From the NCBI GenBank assembly GCA_963796105.1, contig CAWCKJ010000004.1, forward strand, positions 1,280,001 through 1,344,000: DNA of 64,000 nt. Direction: 5' to 3'. Of the stretch, positions 10,960 to 21,687 are shown piece by piece. A model generated the notes under the pieces. The model saw nothing but the letters and a program-made list of their open reading frames with translations, had not been told where the DNA came from and searched no databases. The stretch's first letter is position 1. Every line of letters begins with the position of its first letter. Source of the stretch: a candidate division FCPU426 bacterium (lineage in GTDB: Bacteria; Oederibacteriota; Muellerivitia; Muellerivitales; Muellerivitaceae). The position numbers were made by a program, and so were the translations under genes.

Positions 10960-11787
10960 TTATTCCTGCCCCGAAAGGGGAACGGACACCGTGTAACCCC
11001 GGCGTCCGGTCTTGTCGCTGATCACCAGGATTCCCTCCAAGGTATTGATGTTTTCCTGGAGCTGGTCGGAGCGCTTGATCTTCAACTGAATGGAGCTGCC
11101 CGAGATTTCACAGACCTGGGCCGGCGCGTTCTCGACCTGATTCGGGTGAAAAGGGAAGAAAAGGGCGGCGGCGGATTTGGAGTAAGATTCATCAGTCTCG
11201 AAAGACAACCGGAAATCCTTGGCGCCCAATGTCCCGTTGGTCTTCCAATCCTCCGGCCATTCCCCGGGGAGATTGCGGCGGGCGGTCCTGAACAGGGCCT
11301 CGTTGCGGGAATTATTGGAAGTTTTCCGGCGGACCGAAAGGCGTACGTTGAATTTGGCGTCGCCGGGAATACAGATTTCATTGCAGACCAGCCAGCGGAC
11401 ATGGGCGGACAGGCGGATGGTCCGTCCAGGTTTCAGGTGGGCAGGAACCTTCAGGGGAACCATGAGCATGACTTCGTTGGTGTAGCCGTAATCGGCCAAG
11501 TTTGGAATGGGCAGGCGCTGGGGAATGGTCCAAATGAATCCGCCGGCCTCGAATCCGTCGGGCATGGACCATTGGACGGAAGGGGTTTGGCCCGAGTCGC
11601 CCGGGTTTTTCCAATAGATATGCCAGCCTTTCTCCATCCGGAAATGAAACCCAAGAGTCACGCTTCCGCCTGGAACGATGGCTTTTTGCTCGGGAAGGAG
11701 CTCGACCTTCAGGTGACTTGTGTTTTGGGAATAAGCCGGACTTAAAAGGGAAAGAAAAAAAACCACGGAGAAAATCTTTCGAATCAT
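10960..11787 (-). CDS. Protein-disulfide reductase DsbD N-terminal domain protein
   Basis: GWHIYWKNPGDSG and WLVCNEICIPG motifs, signal peptide. Confidence 0.85.
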   Translation of the reverse strand: MIRKIFSVVFFLSLLSPAYSQNTSHLKVELLPEQKAIVPGGSVTLGFHFRMEKGWHIYWKNPGDSGQTPSVQWSMPDGFEAGGFIWTIPQRLPIPNLADYGYTNEVMLMVPLKVPAHLKPGRTIRLSAHVRWLVCNEICIPGDAKFNVRLSVRRKTSNNSRNEALFRTARRNLPGEWPEDWKTNGTLGAKDFRLSFETDESYSKSAAALFFPFHPNQVENAPAQVCEISGSSIQLKIKRSDQLQENINTLEGILVISDKTGRRGYTVSVPLSGQE

Positions 11788-12046
11788 TCAAATTCCTTTA
11801 TTAACAATTTTTATGGAATGGAGGTCATCCGACGTTAAACCGGCCGGAACGGACTTCTCCCCATCAAAATTTTGACGTTGAAAGGATCTGTTTCAGGCCG
11901 CTTAAAAGCCCGCTTTATGGTGCGGGGATATGTTATTCGGTTTTCATCCGGTAACCAATACTTGATTCGTTAAAGTTAGGACCGGATGATCTGAATCTAT
12001 CCCCATTGGCGGGCATATCATTGGAGGGTATTTGAACCAGCTGATT

Positions 12047-12070
12047 TCAGGCCCTGGCTTTAGCCGGGGA
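12047..12070. repeat. Hairpin resembling IS200/IS605 or REP ends (related copies near 17539-17558 and 42533-42553)
   Basis: GCCCTGGCTTTAGCCGGGG; CCCCCGGCTTCAAGCCGGG; CCCGGGGGTTCAAGCCGTGGG. Confidence 0.45.
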
Positions 12071-12306
12071 CATGCCAGTCATCCACAAAACTATTATGAA
12101 GGCTGGTATCGTAATGATCCTTTTTCAGCCTAAAACGGGACGCGCGAGCCCCGTCATTCGGGCCATGAAAAATATTCGAAATCGGATTATGATTCTCTCT
12201 TAGGGGAGTCGGATGAAACTTAGCTGATGCTGTTGTTCGTCCAATGGGTGTAGGAAGAAAAAAAGCAGGAGTTTTGATTTATCCTGGAAATTTTAAGGAG
12301 TATGCC

Positions 12307-13680
12307 ATGATACGATTTCTCGCATTATTCGCCGTATTGGCTTTATCCCAGGGCCTGTCGGCATTTGGACAGGAACAGGACCGGGGTGGATGGAAAAAGG
12401 CGGATGACAGCCAGCAAGCGCCGGCCACTAATCATATCCTAAAACCAAGTGTGAACCGCCGGCAGGTTCCCGGCGCAACTCAAAGGGTCAGCGCCAAGAT
12501 CCAAACCAACGCATGGAATAAACGGAAACCCGTCCAAATTCAATTGAACAGTCCGGAAAACAACCAAGGGGTAAACAAAGGAGGGCAGGGCTTCACGGAA
12601 CGCCAAGCTGGGACCTTCCAGGCTTTCCACGCCCAACAGGACCAAAATATCCCCAGCCGGAACTGGAACGACCAGGTTTCCAAGCAATGGAACCAAAAAT
12701 TCCCCGCCAATAACTTGAATCAGCAGCCGGCCGCGGGGAGAAAGCCGGGCAACTTCTCGAATTTCCAGGCGGCCCAGGCAGCCGGGAGCAATGTTTCGCA
12801 CCACCATCCTTTCCAACCGGGTTATGTGAGGAAAAAACTCCAAAATCTGGGAATTCATTCGATCCCCATGCCCATCACTGAGCGAAGGCAGATTCTTTCC
12901 ACCGACCGGGCGCACTCCATCATCCGGTTGCCGGACCGTGGTTGGGACCGACAACCCTTGAGGGTGTCCCTGATCGAGCCCAAGCGCTTCGACGCGCCTT
13001 TCGTGCGGGAGCACATGGCCCTAGTGGCCGACGTGGAATTTACCGCGCGCATCGGTGAGTTCAACCGCGAGGAAGCCCGCAGGAATTTCTATTACTGGCA
13101 CCAGGACAGTGACTTCAACTATTGCCATTACGTGGATAACTGGGGATACCACTGGTACGGCTGGTACGTGGGCAGCGATTATTTCTGGACCCGCTTCTAT
13201 CAGAGCCGCTGGTGGTGGTACGACACCGACCATTTCAGGTGGTGCTTCTGGAATGGCGGGCGCTGGTGGTGGCAGGATCCCAACCATGTCGGCGACCTCT
13301 ATGTCTTCGTGAACAACAGTTATGTTCCCTGCAACTCGGCCAACGACCCGGTAGTGGTGAACGCGGCGCAGACCGGAAATGTTTCCGTCTATCACAGCCC
13401 GGATGGGAGCCGCATGGTCAAGGTGGTTTCGGGAGGAGACGCGTTCCTGTTTGACACGGCCATTCCACCGGCCTTCAACCCCATCTACCTGGCCTCCAAT
13501 GTAACGGGCGTGAGGTTCTCCAATACCGCCAATGGCGAACCCCTGCAGGTCCTCCTGGAACTGAGCGACGGCACCTTCGACGTGTTCGACAACCAAGGCA
13601 ACGCCATGAACTATACCCAAACCAGTTTTGACCAGGGTGATAACGGCAACAGCCCCGGCAATCCCCCGGCACAGCAGTAA
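12307..13680 (+). CDS. Secreted hypothetical protein (Q/N-rich N-terminus, W/Y-rich centre)
   Basis: Long ORF; AAGGAG RBS before ATG 12307; signal peptide MIRFLALFAVLALSQGLSAFG. Confidence 0.75.
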   Translation: MIRFLALFAVLALSQGLSAFGQEQDRGGWKKADDSQQAPATNHILKPSVNRRQVPGATQRVSAKIQTNAWNKRKPVQIQLNSPENNQGVNKGGQGFTERQAGTFQAFHAQQDQNIPSRNWNDQVSKQWNQKFPANNLNQQPAAGRKPGNFSNFQAAQAAGSNVSHHHPFQPGYVRKKLQNLGIHSIPMPITERRQILSTDRAHSIIRLPDRGWDRQPLRVSLIEPKRFDAPFVREHMALVADVEFTARIGEFNREEARRNFYYWHQDSDFNYCHYVDNWGYHWYGWYVGSDYFWTRFYQSRWWWYDTDHFRWCFWNGGRWWWQDPNHVGDLYVFVNNSYVPCNSANDPVVVNAAQTGNVSVYHSPDGSRMVKVVSGGDAFLFDTAIPPAFNPIYLASNVTGVRFSNTANGEPLQVLLELSDGTFDVFDNQGNAMNYTQTSFDQGDNGNSPGNPPAQQ

Positions 13681-13725
13681 AGAAGCGGCGCTTTTTGGGA
13701 AATAGGAATTTTTCACCGTCAAGGG

Positions 13726-14301
13726 ATGTCCCTTGACGGTGAATTTTATTTTGAGCCCTTCGGTATTGAAAATAAGGGATCTTGCGTGAAAAGAATAATA
13801 AACATTGCCTGGCTTTCTCTCTTCCTGCTTCTTCTGGCCATTCTGGCCCTGATGAGCCCGGTTTTACCGGACCCTATGGCTACCCATTTCGATTTCGCCG
13901 GCAAACCCAACGGATGGCAGGACAAGTCCGCTTACCTGTCCACTATGCTGACGATTGGGTTGGTCACAAACGCGATTTTCTTATCTACGGCCTATTTCAT
14001 GCGGTTTATCCCGGGGAGCATGATCAACCTCCCCAGGAAGGATTTTTGGTTCAGCACTCCGGAGAGGAAAGCGCGGGCCATGGAAAAACTCAAACTGGTC
14101 ATGGGCGTACCAGGCGTTATGGTGAATTTCATCCTGTGCCTGGCCCAGCAGGCGGTCTACCAAGCCAACGCGCCCAAGCCCCTGTTTGCCCTGCCGGAAG
14201 GATTCCTGCCTTTATTCATCGGCTTAATCCTGCTCCTATCTTTTGCCCTGGTCCTATTCATGATCCGCTTTTTCAAACCGGATGAAGAAGAAGTCCCGTG
14301 A
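13726..14301 (+). CDS. DUF1648 family membrane protein
   Basis: LPDPMATHFDFAGKPNGW motif, INLPRKDFW, 4 TM helices. Confidence 0.8.
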   Translation: MSLDGEFYFEPFGIENKGSCVKRIINIAWLSLFLLLLAILALMSPVLPDPMATHFDFAGKPNGWQDKSAYLSTMLTIGLVTNAIFLSTAYFMRFIPGSMINLPRKDFWFSTPERKARAMEKLKLVMGVPGVMVNFILCLAQQAVYQANAPKPLFALPEGFLPLFIGLILLLSFALVLFMIRFFKPDEEEVP

Positions 14302-15155
14302 ATCACGGGTTTTCGAAAGGGGGTTTGATGACGGGAAAGCTCTTTCCGTGTTTATTCCTTTTCTTGAGCCTCTGGGCTTTTCCGGTATGGGGGGGTACCC
14401 CGGCAATCCCGCCGGTTAAGGAATTATCCGGCGGGGGAAAAATCCGGCAATGCCAGGATGAACTTCAGAAGAATCCCCGGGACGCGGGTGCTTTCGACCG
14501 ATGGGGCTTGGTTTTAATGGAACAGGGGGAACTCCAGGAGGCCCTTGCCAAATTCCAGGATGCCGTCAAGACACGCCCTCGATTTGGGGAGGCTTATTAT
14601 CATTGGGGTTTGGCCCTCAACAAACTGGAGGCCTACGGGGAAGCCTGCGAAAAATTCCAGAAGGCCGTCGAGATCTCACCGCGCCTTTCCCAAGCCTTTT
14701 ACCAGTGGAGCCGGGCCCTCATGGCCATGGGGGAGTACCAGAAGGCCGGGGAGAAATGCCAAAAGGCCCTCGCCATCGATCCCAAGGACGCCCAGGCTTA
14801 CGTGGACTGGGGCATCATCCTGGGCCAGCAGGGGAAGCACGCGGAGGCGATCCGAAAATTCCAGAAGGCCCTGGAGATCGACCCGGAGTTTGAGAACGCC
14901 TATTTCGACTGGGGAATGACCTTTTTGGATTGGGGATTCCCTGAAAAATCGCTGGCCCGGTTCAAAAAAGCCGCTGAATTGGATTCAGGCGACGCCCAAG
15001 TCTATTACTATTGGGGATTGGCCTTAGAACAGACGGGAGACCTAAAAGGCGCCTTGGACAAACTGGGAACCGTCGAAAAAATTAAAGACCAGCGCTGGAG
15101 CGGCGCGGCCAGGGCGGAGATTTTCCGGATCCAGGACAAACTCACGAAACCGTGA
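14298..15155 (+). CDS. Secreted tetratricopeptide repeat protein
   Basis: Signal peptide; about 6 TPR units (AYYHWGLAL...YGEA). Confidence 0.85.
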   Translation: MNHGFSKGGLMTGKLFPCLFLFLSLWAFPVWGGTPAIPPVKELSGGGKIRQCQDELQKNPRDAGAFDRWGLVLMEQGELQEALAKFQDAVKTRPRFGEAYYHWGLALNKLEAYGEACEKFQKAVEISPRLSQAFYQWSRALMAMGEYQKAGEKCQKALAIDPKDAQAYVDWGIILGQQGKHAEAIRKFQKALEIDPEFENAYFDWGMTFLDWGFPEKSLARFKKAAELDSGDAQVYYYWGLALEQTGDLKGALDKLGTVEKIKDQRWSGAARAEIFRIQDKLTKP

Positions 15156-15236
15156 GGAAAGTTTTATCCGGCATGCCTTGGCTTTAAAAGTCATCGTTGA
15201 AATCTAGGGGGAGCGATGGGATGCCGCCGAAATTTC

Positions 15237-15668
15237 TCAGCTTCCGCTTGTAACCTGGGACTTAGCCGGGGTGACCTGGAAAAGCTCGATCTTCCACTTC
15301 TTCTCTTCCCTTATTGCCAGGAGGGTATGGAAAGCTTCCAGGGCCGGGTCGATTTCCCGCCCCCCGGGGGGAATCGTCCCGGCTTCCCCCAAAAGCAGGG
15401 CGGCGTCGTCACCCAGTGAACGGATCTCGCGCACTTTCCAATCGAATGTGCCTGTCGGGTGTTTGAGGAAAATCCCGGCCAGGTGGGCCTCGATCGGGCC
15501 CCGCCGGTTGATGAAGGCGCCCTCGAAACCTATGATGTTCCCGGCATCCGTAAAAAGGGACGCCATGCCGTAGGAGTCCCTGTGATTCCACCTATCCAGA
15601 AGGTGCTGGTAAAGTTCGACGATGTTTTTTTCCACCACGAACTTTTCCATTTGTTTATTGACTTCCAA
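15237..15668 (-). CDS. SgcJ/EcaC (SnoaL-like, NTF2 fold) family protein
   Basis: WNHRD..MASLF, IGFEG, WKIELFQVTPA. Confidence 0.75.
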   Translation of the reverse strand: MEVNKQMEKFVVEKNIVELYQHLLDRWNHRDSYGMASLFTDAGNIIGFEGAFINRRGPIEAHLAGIFLKHPTGTFDWKVREIRSLGDDAALLLGEAGTIPPGGREIDPALEAFHTLLAIREEKKWKIELFQVTPAKSQVTSGS

Positions 15669-15991
15669 GATTCACCCCTTGTTGACAAACATCCGGATCA
15701 CTTAATCATTTTTGGATGATCGATGGCAAGCGGTATTTTACCGGAATTGGCCATGGGTTCCTAAATTCTCTTTTGCTAAAAATATAATAAGCTCCCGGTT
15801 TGTTTCCGGAGCCTCTTTTTTATTCAAAAAGCCCCCTGCTGAGGGCCGGGATTGCGCTGTTTGGTTTTAAAGGTATAATCAAGCCTCTAAAAACCTCCCT
15901 ATTTACGTGTTCTGTCCCTCGAAAAAAGCTGAAAACCATAGGGGTTATGAATGGGTATTTAGGTCCCAGTCTGTTTTAAAGGAGATGTTCC

Positions 15992-16693
15992 GTGGAAAAA
16001 AAGCGCAAGAAATCAAGGACCCCGTCAAAACGGGTCACGAGAAAAAGCCGCCCGGATTCCAAGACCCCGAAAGGATTAGTGTTATTGATCCGCCTGGGTA
16101 TCCTTGTGGTGATCACTTCCGCGGTTATCTTTTGGCTGAAGCCCTCAAAGCCCTCCCCCGCGGCTTCCCCCTCGGTCCAAACGGCCCCGTCGCGATCGCC
16201 CATGGAAATCGCCCAAAGCTTTATTGATTCAAACGCCCCATTGGCCAACCAGCCATTCGAGTACACCGTGGATGGGGTTAAGGTATCGCGCGCTTTTTCG
16301 AATTGGGGGGGGCATCCCATGAAGGACGTGAGCGTCATCGGAAAAGTATTGAACATCAATAAAAAAATCTTCAAGGAAGGCATCGGGACCCAAGCGCCCT
16401 CGGTGATTGTCTTTGAACTGAACGGCAAAGTCAGGCGTTTTTCCTGCCAAGCCGGGGCCGATATCGAGGGAGGGGGTTCTAATCAATTGATATTCGCGGT
16501 CAAGGCGGACAATAAAAAAGTTTATCAAAGCCCGAAGGTGGTAAGGGCCAACGAGGACCCCGTTTCCATAGACTTAAACGTGGCGGGAGTGAAGGAATTG
16601 AGCCTGGTGGTCGCCGCCCATGGCGATGACGCATGGAAACAAGCGGATTGGGTGGACCTTCATTTCACAAAAGCCGGAAGTTCTTCCGAGTAG
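15992..16693 (+). CDS. Membrane-anchored NPCBM/NEW2 domain protein
   Basis: GIGTQAPSVIVFELNG, VSIDLNVAGVKELSLVV, ADWVD. Confidence 0.75.
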   Translation: MEKKRKKSRTPSKRVTRKSRPDSKTPKGLVLLIRLGILVVITSAVIFWLKPSKPSPAASPSVQTAPSRSPMEIAQSFIDSNAPLANQPFEYTVDGVKVSRAFSNWGGHPMKDVSVIGKVLNINKKIFKEGIGTQAPSVIVFELNGKVRRFSCQAGADIEGGGSNQLIFAVKADNKKVYQSPKVVRANEDPVSIDLNVAGVKELSLVVAAHGDDAWKQADWVDLHFTKAGSSSE

Positions 16694-16759
16694 CCAAGGA
16701 ACGATTCCGGAACATTTAATAAATAAAGCCTGATTTCACGGTTTCTTGATGTCTGGAAT

Positions 16760-17461
16760 TTAATCCAGGAAACGGTACCGGATCAGGCAGTAAAGGGCCA
16801 CGATGCCGTCCCGCCAGGTGATTTTTTTCCCTTCCTCGAAGCCCCGGCCCCGGAAGGAAATGGGAATCTCGTAGAGTTTATATCCCCTTTTCAGGATCTT
16901 GGCTGTGACCTCCGGCTCGAAATCAAAACGGTTGGACCTCAATGGAAGCCCCCGGATGATGTCCCCCCGGAAAGCCTTATAGCAGGTTTCCATGTCCGTC
17001 AGGGTGGTGTCATACAAAACATTGGTAAGAAGGGTCAGGAATTTATTGCCGACCAGGTGCCAGAACAAGAAGGCCCGGTGCAAACCCAGGAAGCGGGAAC
17101 CATAAACGACATCCGCCTCCCTCTTCACAAGGGGCTCCAATATTTTCTCATAATCCTTGGGGTCATATTCCAAATCCGCGTCTTGAATGATGACGAACTG
17201 GCCATGGGTATGGGGAAGGGCGGTACGGATGGCCGCGCCCTTGCCCCGGTTTTTCTCGTGATGGAATATTTTCCCGTTTTTCAGCCGTGTTTTTCTTAGG
17301 ATTTCGGGCGTCCGGTCGGTGGACCCGTCGTTGACGACGATGATTTCCTTCTTCATATTGAATAATTTGACCGATTCCACTTTTTTCAAGAGCGGAATGA
17401 AAGTGTCCTGCTCGTTAAAAACTGGAATGATGATGGAGAGGGTCAGGGGCTTTGTGGACAT
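16760..17461 (-). CDS. Glycosyltransferase family 2 (DPM1-like)
   Basis: SIIIPVFNE, VNDGSTD, QDADLEYDP, DMETCYK. Confidence 0.93.
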   Translation of the reverse strand: MSTKPLTLSIIIPVFNEQDTFIPLLKKVESVKLFNMKKEIIVVNDGSTDRTPEILRKTRLKNGKIFHHEKNRGKGAAIRTALPHTHGQFVIIQDADLEYDPKDYEKILEPLVKREADVVYGSRFLGLHRAFLFWHLVGNKFLTLLTNVLYDTTLTDMETCYKAFRGDIIRGLPLRSNRFDFEPEVTAKILKRGYKLYEIPISFRGRGFEEGKKITWRDGIVALYCLIRYRFLD

Positions 17462-17643
17462 ATTGAGGCGATTCTAACCTGGAATAAAACCGGACTCAAT
17501 AACGACCTGTCGAATAAGGCCTTAAAAAGGGGATAAATCCCCCGGCTTCAAGCCGGGTGTCCCTGAATTTCCAAACACTTGCAATTGAATGGGACCGGCA
17601 ATAAAGTGTGATTTCTTCTGAATCTCACCTGGAGGGATGGACG

Positions 17644-18411
17644 ATGAAATGGAGAATATTCCTGGTTTTGACGCTGGCTTTGGGCCTCATGACAACCGCT
17701 GGATGCGGGAGCAAGGATGAGGACGAACTGGGCGCGGGAGGCGAGGGGAACGCGCCGCCGGCGGCCAAAATGGGAACCGGGGTTATCAGCGGCAAAGTGG
17801 TCTTGAACGGAAAGGCCCCCGCCGGGGAGCCCATTAATTTCTCGGGGGACCCGGTCTGCATGTCCCAGCATTCGGGCAAGATCCTGGACGAGACGGTCCA
17901 GGTGGACGCCAAGAACGACCTCGTGAACGTACTGGTTTACGTCAAGGACGGCGCGGGCGTTTACCCGGCGCCCTCGCTGGCCATGACCCTCACCCAAAAG
18001 GGCTGCCAATACTCACCCCGTGTTTTCGGCATCCAGGCCAACCAGCCCCTGGAGATCCTCAACGACGATCCCACGCTCCACAACGTGCACGCCATGCCGG
18101 TCAGCAACGACGCCTTCAACGTGGGCCAGCCGAGCCAGGGCATGATGACCGAGAAGAAATTCGAGAAGCCCGAGGTTCCGGTGAAGTTCAAGTGCGACGT
18201 GCACAGCTGGATGCACTGCGTGGCCGGGGTTTTTGCCCATCCCTTTTTCGCCGTGTCGGGGGCGGACGGGACCTATAAGATCACGGGTCTTCCGGCCGGA
18301 AGCTATACCCTGGCGGCTTACCAGGAGAAATACGGGGAATCGGCGCCCCTGACGGTGGACTTGAAGGATGGGGAGGCCAAATCCCTGGATTTCACCTTTA
18401 AAGCGCAGTAA
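17644..18411 (+). CDS. Lipoprotein with cupredoxin-like / carboxypeptidase regulatory-like domain
   Basis: Lipobox TAGC; QKGCQYSP, HNVH, CDVHSWM; GGAGG RBS. Confidence 0.75.
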   Translation: MKWRIFLVLTLALGLMTTAGCGSKDEDELGAGGEGNAPPAAKMGTGVISGKVVLNGKAPAGEPINFSGDPVCMSQHSGKILDETVQVDAKNDLVNVLVYVKDGAGVYPAPSLAMTLTQKGCQYSPRVFGIQANQPLEILNDDPTLHNVHAMPVSNDAFNVGQPSQGMMTEKKFEKPEVPVKFKCDVHSWMHCVAGVFAHPFFAVSGADGTYKITGLPAGSYTLAAYQEKYGESAPLTVDLKDGEAKSLDFTFKAQ

Positions 18412-18562
18412 TTATTTTTTGGGTTAAACATAGCGGAAGTCAGACTGCTACAATTTAGCCGTTCTCCTTGGCTTTGGATCAGAATCCAGGGCCATTTTTA
18501 TGAACTTGAAATGCCAAGCCTCCCGGAAATGAGGGAGTCGGGGCGGAAAGGAATGGATTCCC

Positions 18563-19483
18563 ATGGAACCGAACCAATTTTCCTACCACCAAGGACTCCA
18601 CCGGTACGCCCTCGTCACGGCCTGCTGCACCTTTTTCCTTGTCCTGGCCGGCGCCATGGTGACCAGCACCGGGTCGAGCCTTTCCGTGCCGGACTGGCCG
18701 CTTTCCTTCGGGAAATTTTTTCCCCCCATGACGGGGGGCGTTTTTTACGAGCACGGGCACCGGATGGTGGCTGGCACCGTAGCCTTGATGATGACGGGAT
18801 TGGCCTTCGCGGTCCAAAGGATCGAGAAACGAAAAGGGGTCAAGGCCCTGGCTTGGGGAGCGGTGGGTGCGGTGGTGCTCCAGGCGGTCCTGGGGGGCGT
18901 CACGGTCTTGATGCACCTTCCCACGGCTGTTTCGGTTTTCCACGCTGGGCTGGCCCAGATTTTCCTATGCCTGACGGTTTCCCTGGCCCTGGTGACCTCA
19001 AAAGGCTGGATGGAGGAAAAACAAGGACGCCTTGCCGGGCGGGACCCCGTCGTTCCCCGCTGGACCTTGATCGCGGTCCTGGCCATTTACACCCAGGTCA
19101 TCATCGGCGCGGTCATGCGCCACAGCGGCGGGGGACTGGCTATCCCTGACTTTCCTTTGAGTTTCGGGCATCTTTATCCCCCCGAGTGGACTTTCCTCAT
19201 CCTGGTGAATTTTACCCACAGGGTCGGCGCCTTGATCGTGCTCCTTCTGGTGAATTTTATCAGCTACAGGGTCTGTGTTCATTTCACGGAGGAACCAGGC
19301 CTTTTCCTTCCCGCTGTAGCGGGGGTTTTCCTGGTTTGGCTCCAATGCGTCCTGGGCATGCTGGTAGTGGTCACGGGGAAAGACGCTTTTCCCACCTCGG
19401 CGCATGTGCTGATCGGGGCGGGGGTTCTGGCCTCGATGCTGGTGCTGGCCTTGTCCAGCCGAAGGGTATTCATAAAGGGCTGA
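18563..19483 (+). CDS. ctaA: Heme A synthase, COX15/CtaA family
   Basis: PDWP, EHGHR, HAGLAQ, THRVGA; multiple TM helices. Confidence 0.88.
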   Translation: MEPNQFSYHQGLHRYALVTACCTFFLVLAGAMVTSTGSSLSVPDWPLSFGKFFPPMTGGVFYEHGHRMVAGTVALMMTGLAFAVQRIEKRKGVKALAWGAVGAVVLQAVLGGVTVLMHLPTAVSVFHAGLAQIFLCLTVSLALVTSKGWMEEKQGRLAGRDPVVPRWTLIAVLAIYTQVIIGAVMRHSGGGLAIPDFPLSFGHLYPPEWTFLILVNFTHRVGALIVLLLVNFISYRVCVHFTEEPGLFLPAVAGVFLVWLQCVLGMLVVVTGKDAFPTSAHVLIGAGVLASMLVLALSSRRVFIKG

Positions 19484-19502
19484 TATCAAGAAAGGTTTTA
19501 CA

Positions 19503-20363
19503 TTGATGAGCGCAAAACTCTCGGATTTCGCGGCGCTGACCAAACCCCGCTTGAATTTCCTGGCCATCCTGACCACCCTCGCGGGCTTCTATATGGGAAG
19601 CACAGGCCCCCTGGATAAACATCTCCTCCTCTTCACCCTCCTGGGCGCCGGGGGCGTGGCGGCGGGGTGCGGAACCTTGAACCAATGGCTTGAGAAGGCC
19701 GAGGACGGCCTCATGAACCGGACGAAAACCAGGCCCCTTCCCGCAGGCCGACTTCCCCTCCCGCAGGCTTTTTGGTTCGGCCTGTCGCTTTCCCTCCTGG
19801 GACTGCTGTTGCTTTACTTCAGGGTGAATGAATTGACGGCCTTCCTGGGCCTGACCGCGCTCGTCAGCTACCTGGTTTTCTACACTCCCCTCAAAAAGAT
19901 GACCTCCCTCTGCACCGTGGTCGGGGCGGTGCCGGGCGCCATGCCTCCCTTGATGGGTTTCGCGGGAGCCAGGCACCAGCTCACCTTCGAGGGCTGGGCC
20001 CTTTTCGCCATCCTTTTCTTCTGGCAGATGCCTCATTTTCTTTCCATCGGATGGATTTACCGCGAGGATTACGCTAAAGCCGGGTTTCCCATGATGTCGG
20101 TCAAGGACCCGGGGGGAGCGAGCACGGGGTTTCTGGCGGTTTCCTACGCCGTGGCGCTCCTGCCGATTTCGATGCTTCCGGCCTTCCTGGGGATGTCCGG
20201 GCCCATTTATTTCTGGTGCGCGGTTGCGCTGAGCACCGCATTCCTCGTTTTCAGCGCGCTTTTGGCCTACCGGAAAACCCTGCCCCAGGCCCGGAAGCTG
20301 TTTTTCGCCTCGATCATTTACCTGCCGCTTCTTTTTTTATTGATGGCGCTTGATAAGATTTGA
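19503..20363 (+). CDS. cyoE: Protoheme IX farnesyltransferase (heme O synthase)
   Basis: LTKPR, MNRTKTRPLP, YTPLKK, GAVPGAMPPLMG, WQMPHF. Confidence 0.93.
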   Translation: MMSAKLSDFAALTKPRLNFLAILTTLAGFYMGSTGPLDKHLLLFTLLGAGGVAAGCGTLNQWLEKAEDGLMNRTKTRPLPAGRLPLPQAFWFGLSLSLLGLLLLYFRVNELTAFLGLTALVSYLVFYTPLKKMTSLCTVVGAVPGAMPPLMGFAGARHQLTFEGWALFAILFFWQMPHFLSIGWIYREDYAKAGFPMMSVKDPGGASTGFLAVSYAVALLPISMLPAFLGMSGPIYFWCAVALSTAFLVFSALLAYRKTLPQARKLFFASIIYLPLLFLLMALDKI

Positions 20364-20389
20364 CAAGGTATGGTGAGTTTTTAACTATG

Positions 20390-20545
20390 CTGTCATTGAT
20401 GCGAGGAATGCCCCGCGAATAGCGGGGCGTTTATGACGAAGCAACCTCAGTTTTAATAGCTTTACATGAGGTCGCAAAACGAACGACTAACTTGGGTCGC
20501 CACGTCGCAAATCGCCCCGATTGGGGCTGCTCCTCGCGATGACAG
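20390..20545. repeat. GTCATTGCGAG-type REP/MITE-like palindromic element
   Basis: CTGTCATT(GA)TGCGAGGA...CGAAGCAACCTC...TCCTCGCGATGACAG with internal hairpins. Confidence 0.65.
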
Positions 20546-20581
20546 ATTAAAAATTAGAAATTAAAAGTGCCCTAAAGTACA

Positions 20582-21526
20582 TTGCGGAGAAATATGGAAA
20601 ACCTGATTGAAGTTCAAAACCTATCCTATCAATACGGCCAGACCAAAGCCCTGGAGGGGCTGACCTTTTCCGTGGGCCGGGGGGAAATCTTCGGGTTTCT
20701 CGGACCCAACGGCGGGGGAAAAACCACGGCCTTCAAGGTCCTCTCGACGCTTTTCGCCTGCCGAAAGGGCGAGGTCAAGATCTTCGGATTGGACATGGCG
20801 GGGGACACCCTGGCGGTGCGCCGCAGGATGGGCGTGGTTTTCCAAATTCCCGCCCTGGACAAGAAACTCACCGTGCGGGAGAACCTCGGGCATCAGGGGC
20901 ATCTTTACGGCCTTTTTGGGAAGGAACTGGAACGCCGGATCGACCGGGACCTGGAGCGATTGGGTTTGACTGACCGGACGAAGAACCGGGTGGAAACCCT
21001 CTCCGGCGGGCTTCAGCGCAGGGTGGAACTGGCCAAGGCCCTGTTGAACGACCCGGAACTCCTGATCCTGGACGAGCCATCCACCGGCTTGGACCCCGCG
21101 GCCCGGAAGGATTTCTGGGGGCAATTGGAAAACCTGCGCCAAAGCAGGCAAATGACCGTGCTGGTAACCACCCATTACCTGGAGGAAGCCGACCGCTGCG
21201 ACCGGCTCCTGATCCTGGACCAGGGCCGGACCGTGGCCCTGGGGAAGCCGGAGCAGTTGAAGGCTGAAATCGGCGGGGAAGTGCTAAGCATCAAGGCGAA
21301 AAATCCCGATAAACTTTTAAAGGAGATCGGCGAGAAACTGAAAGTGAAGCCCGTGATGATGTCGGGATTGATCCAGATTGAACAGCCCAAAGCCCATAAC
21401 TTAGTAGCGCCTCTTTTGGAGGCTTTCCCGGACGAGGTGGTGTCGCTCACTCTGGGTGCTCCAACTTTAGAGGATGTGTTTATCCACAAGACAGGCAAGC
21501 GTTTTATCAGCGGCGAGGAAAAATGA
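20582..21526 (+). CDS. ABC transporter ATP-binding protein (DrrA-like)
   Basis: GPNGGGKT, LSGGLQRR, LILDEP, TTHY. Confidence 0.93.
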   Translation: MRRNMENLIEVQNLSYQYGQTKALEGLTFSVGRGEIFGFLGPNGGGKTTAFKVLSTLFACRKGEVKIFGLDMAGDTLAVRRRMGVVFQIPALDKKLTVRENLGHQGHLYGLFGKELERRIDRDLERLGLTDRTKNRVETLSGGLQRRVELAKALLNDPELLILDEPSTGLDPAARKDFWGQLENLRQSRQMTVLVTTHYLEEADRCDRLLILDQGRTVALGKPEQLKAEIGGEVLSIKAKNPDKLLKEIGEKLKVKPVMMSGLIQIEQPKAHNLVAPLLEAFPDEVVSLTLGAPTLEDVFIHKTGKRFISGEEK

Positions 21527-21687
21527 AGCGGCGTCAAAAAGAAATGAAGGTGTTTATTATTTATCGCAGTTTATGGAATGGATTGTCCATTGCGGGACCC
21601 AGAGGGGAAAATCCCAATGACGGATGTAGCTTGAAAGAACACTATTGTAATGATATTGTTATGATATTGAATGAATAGGAGGGCGCT

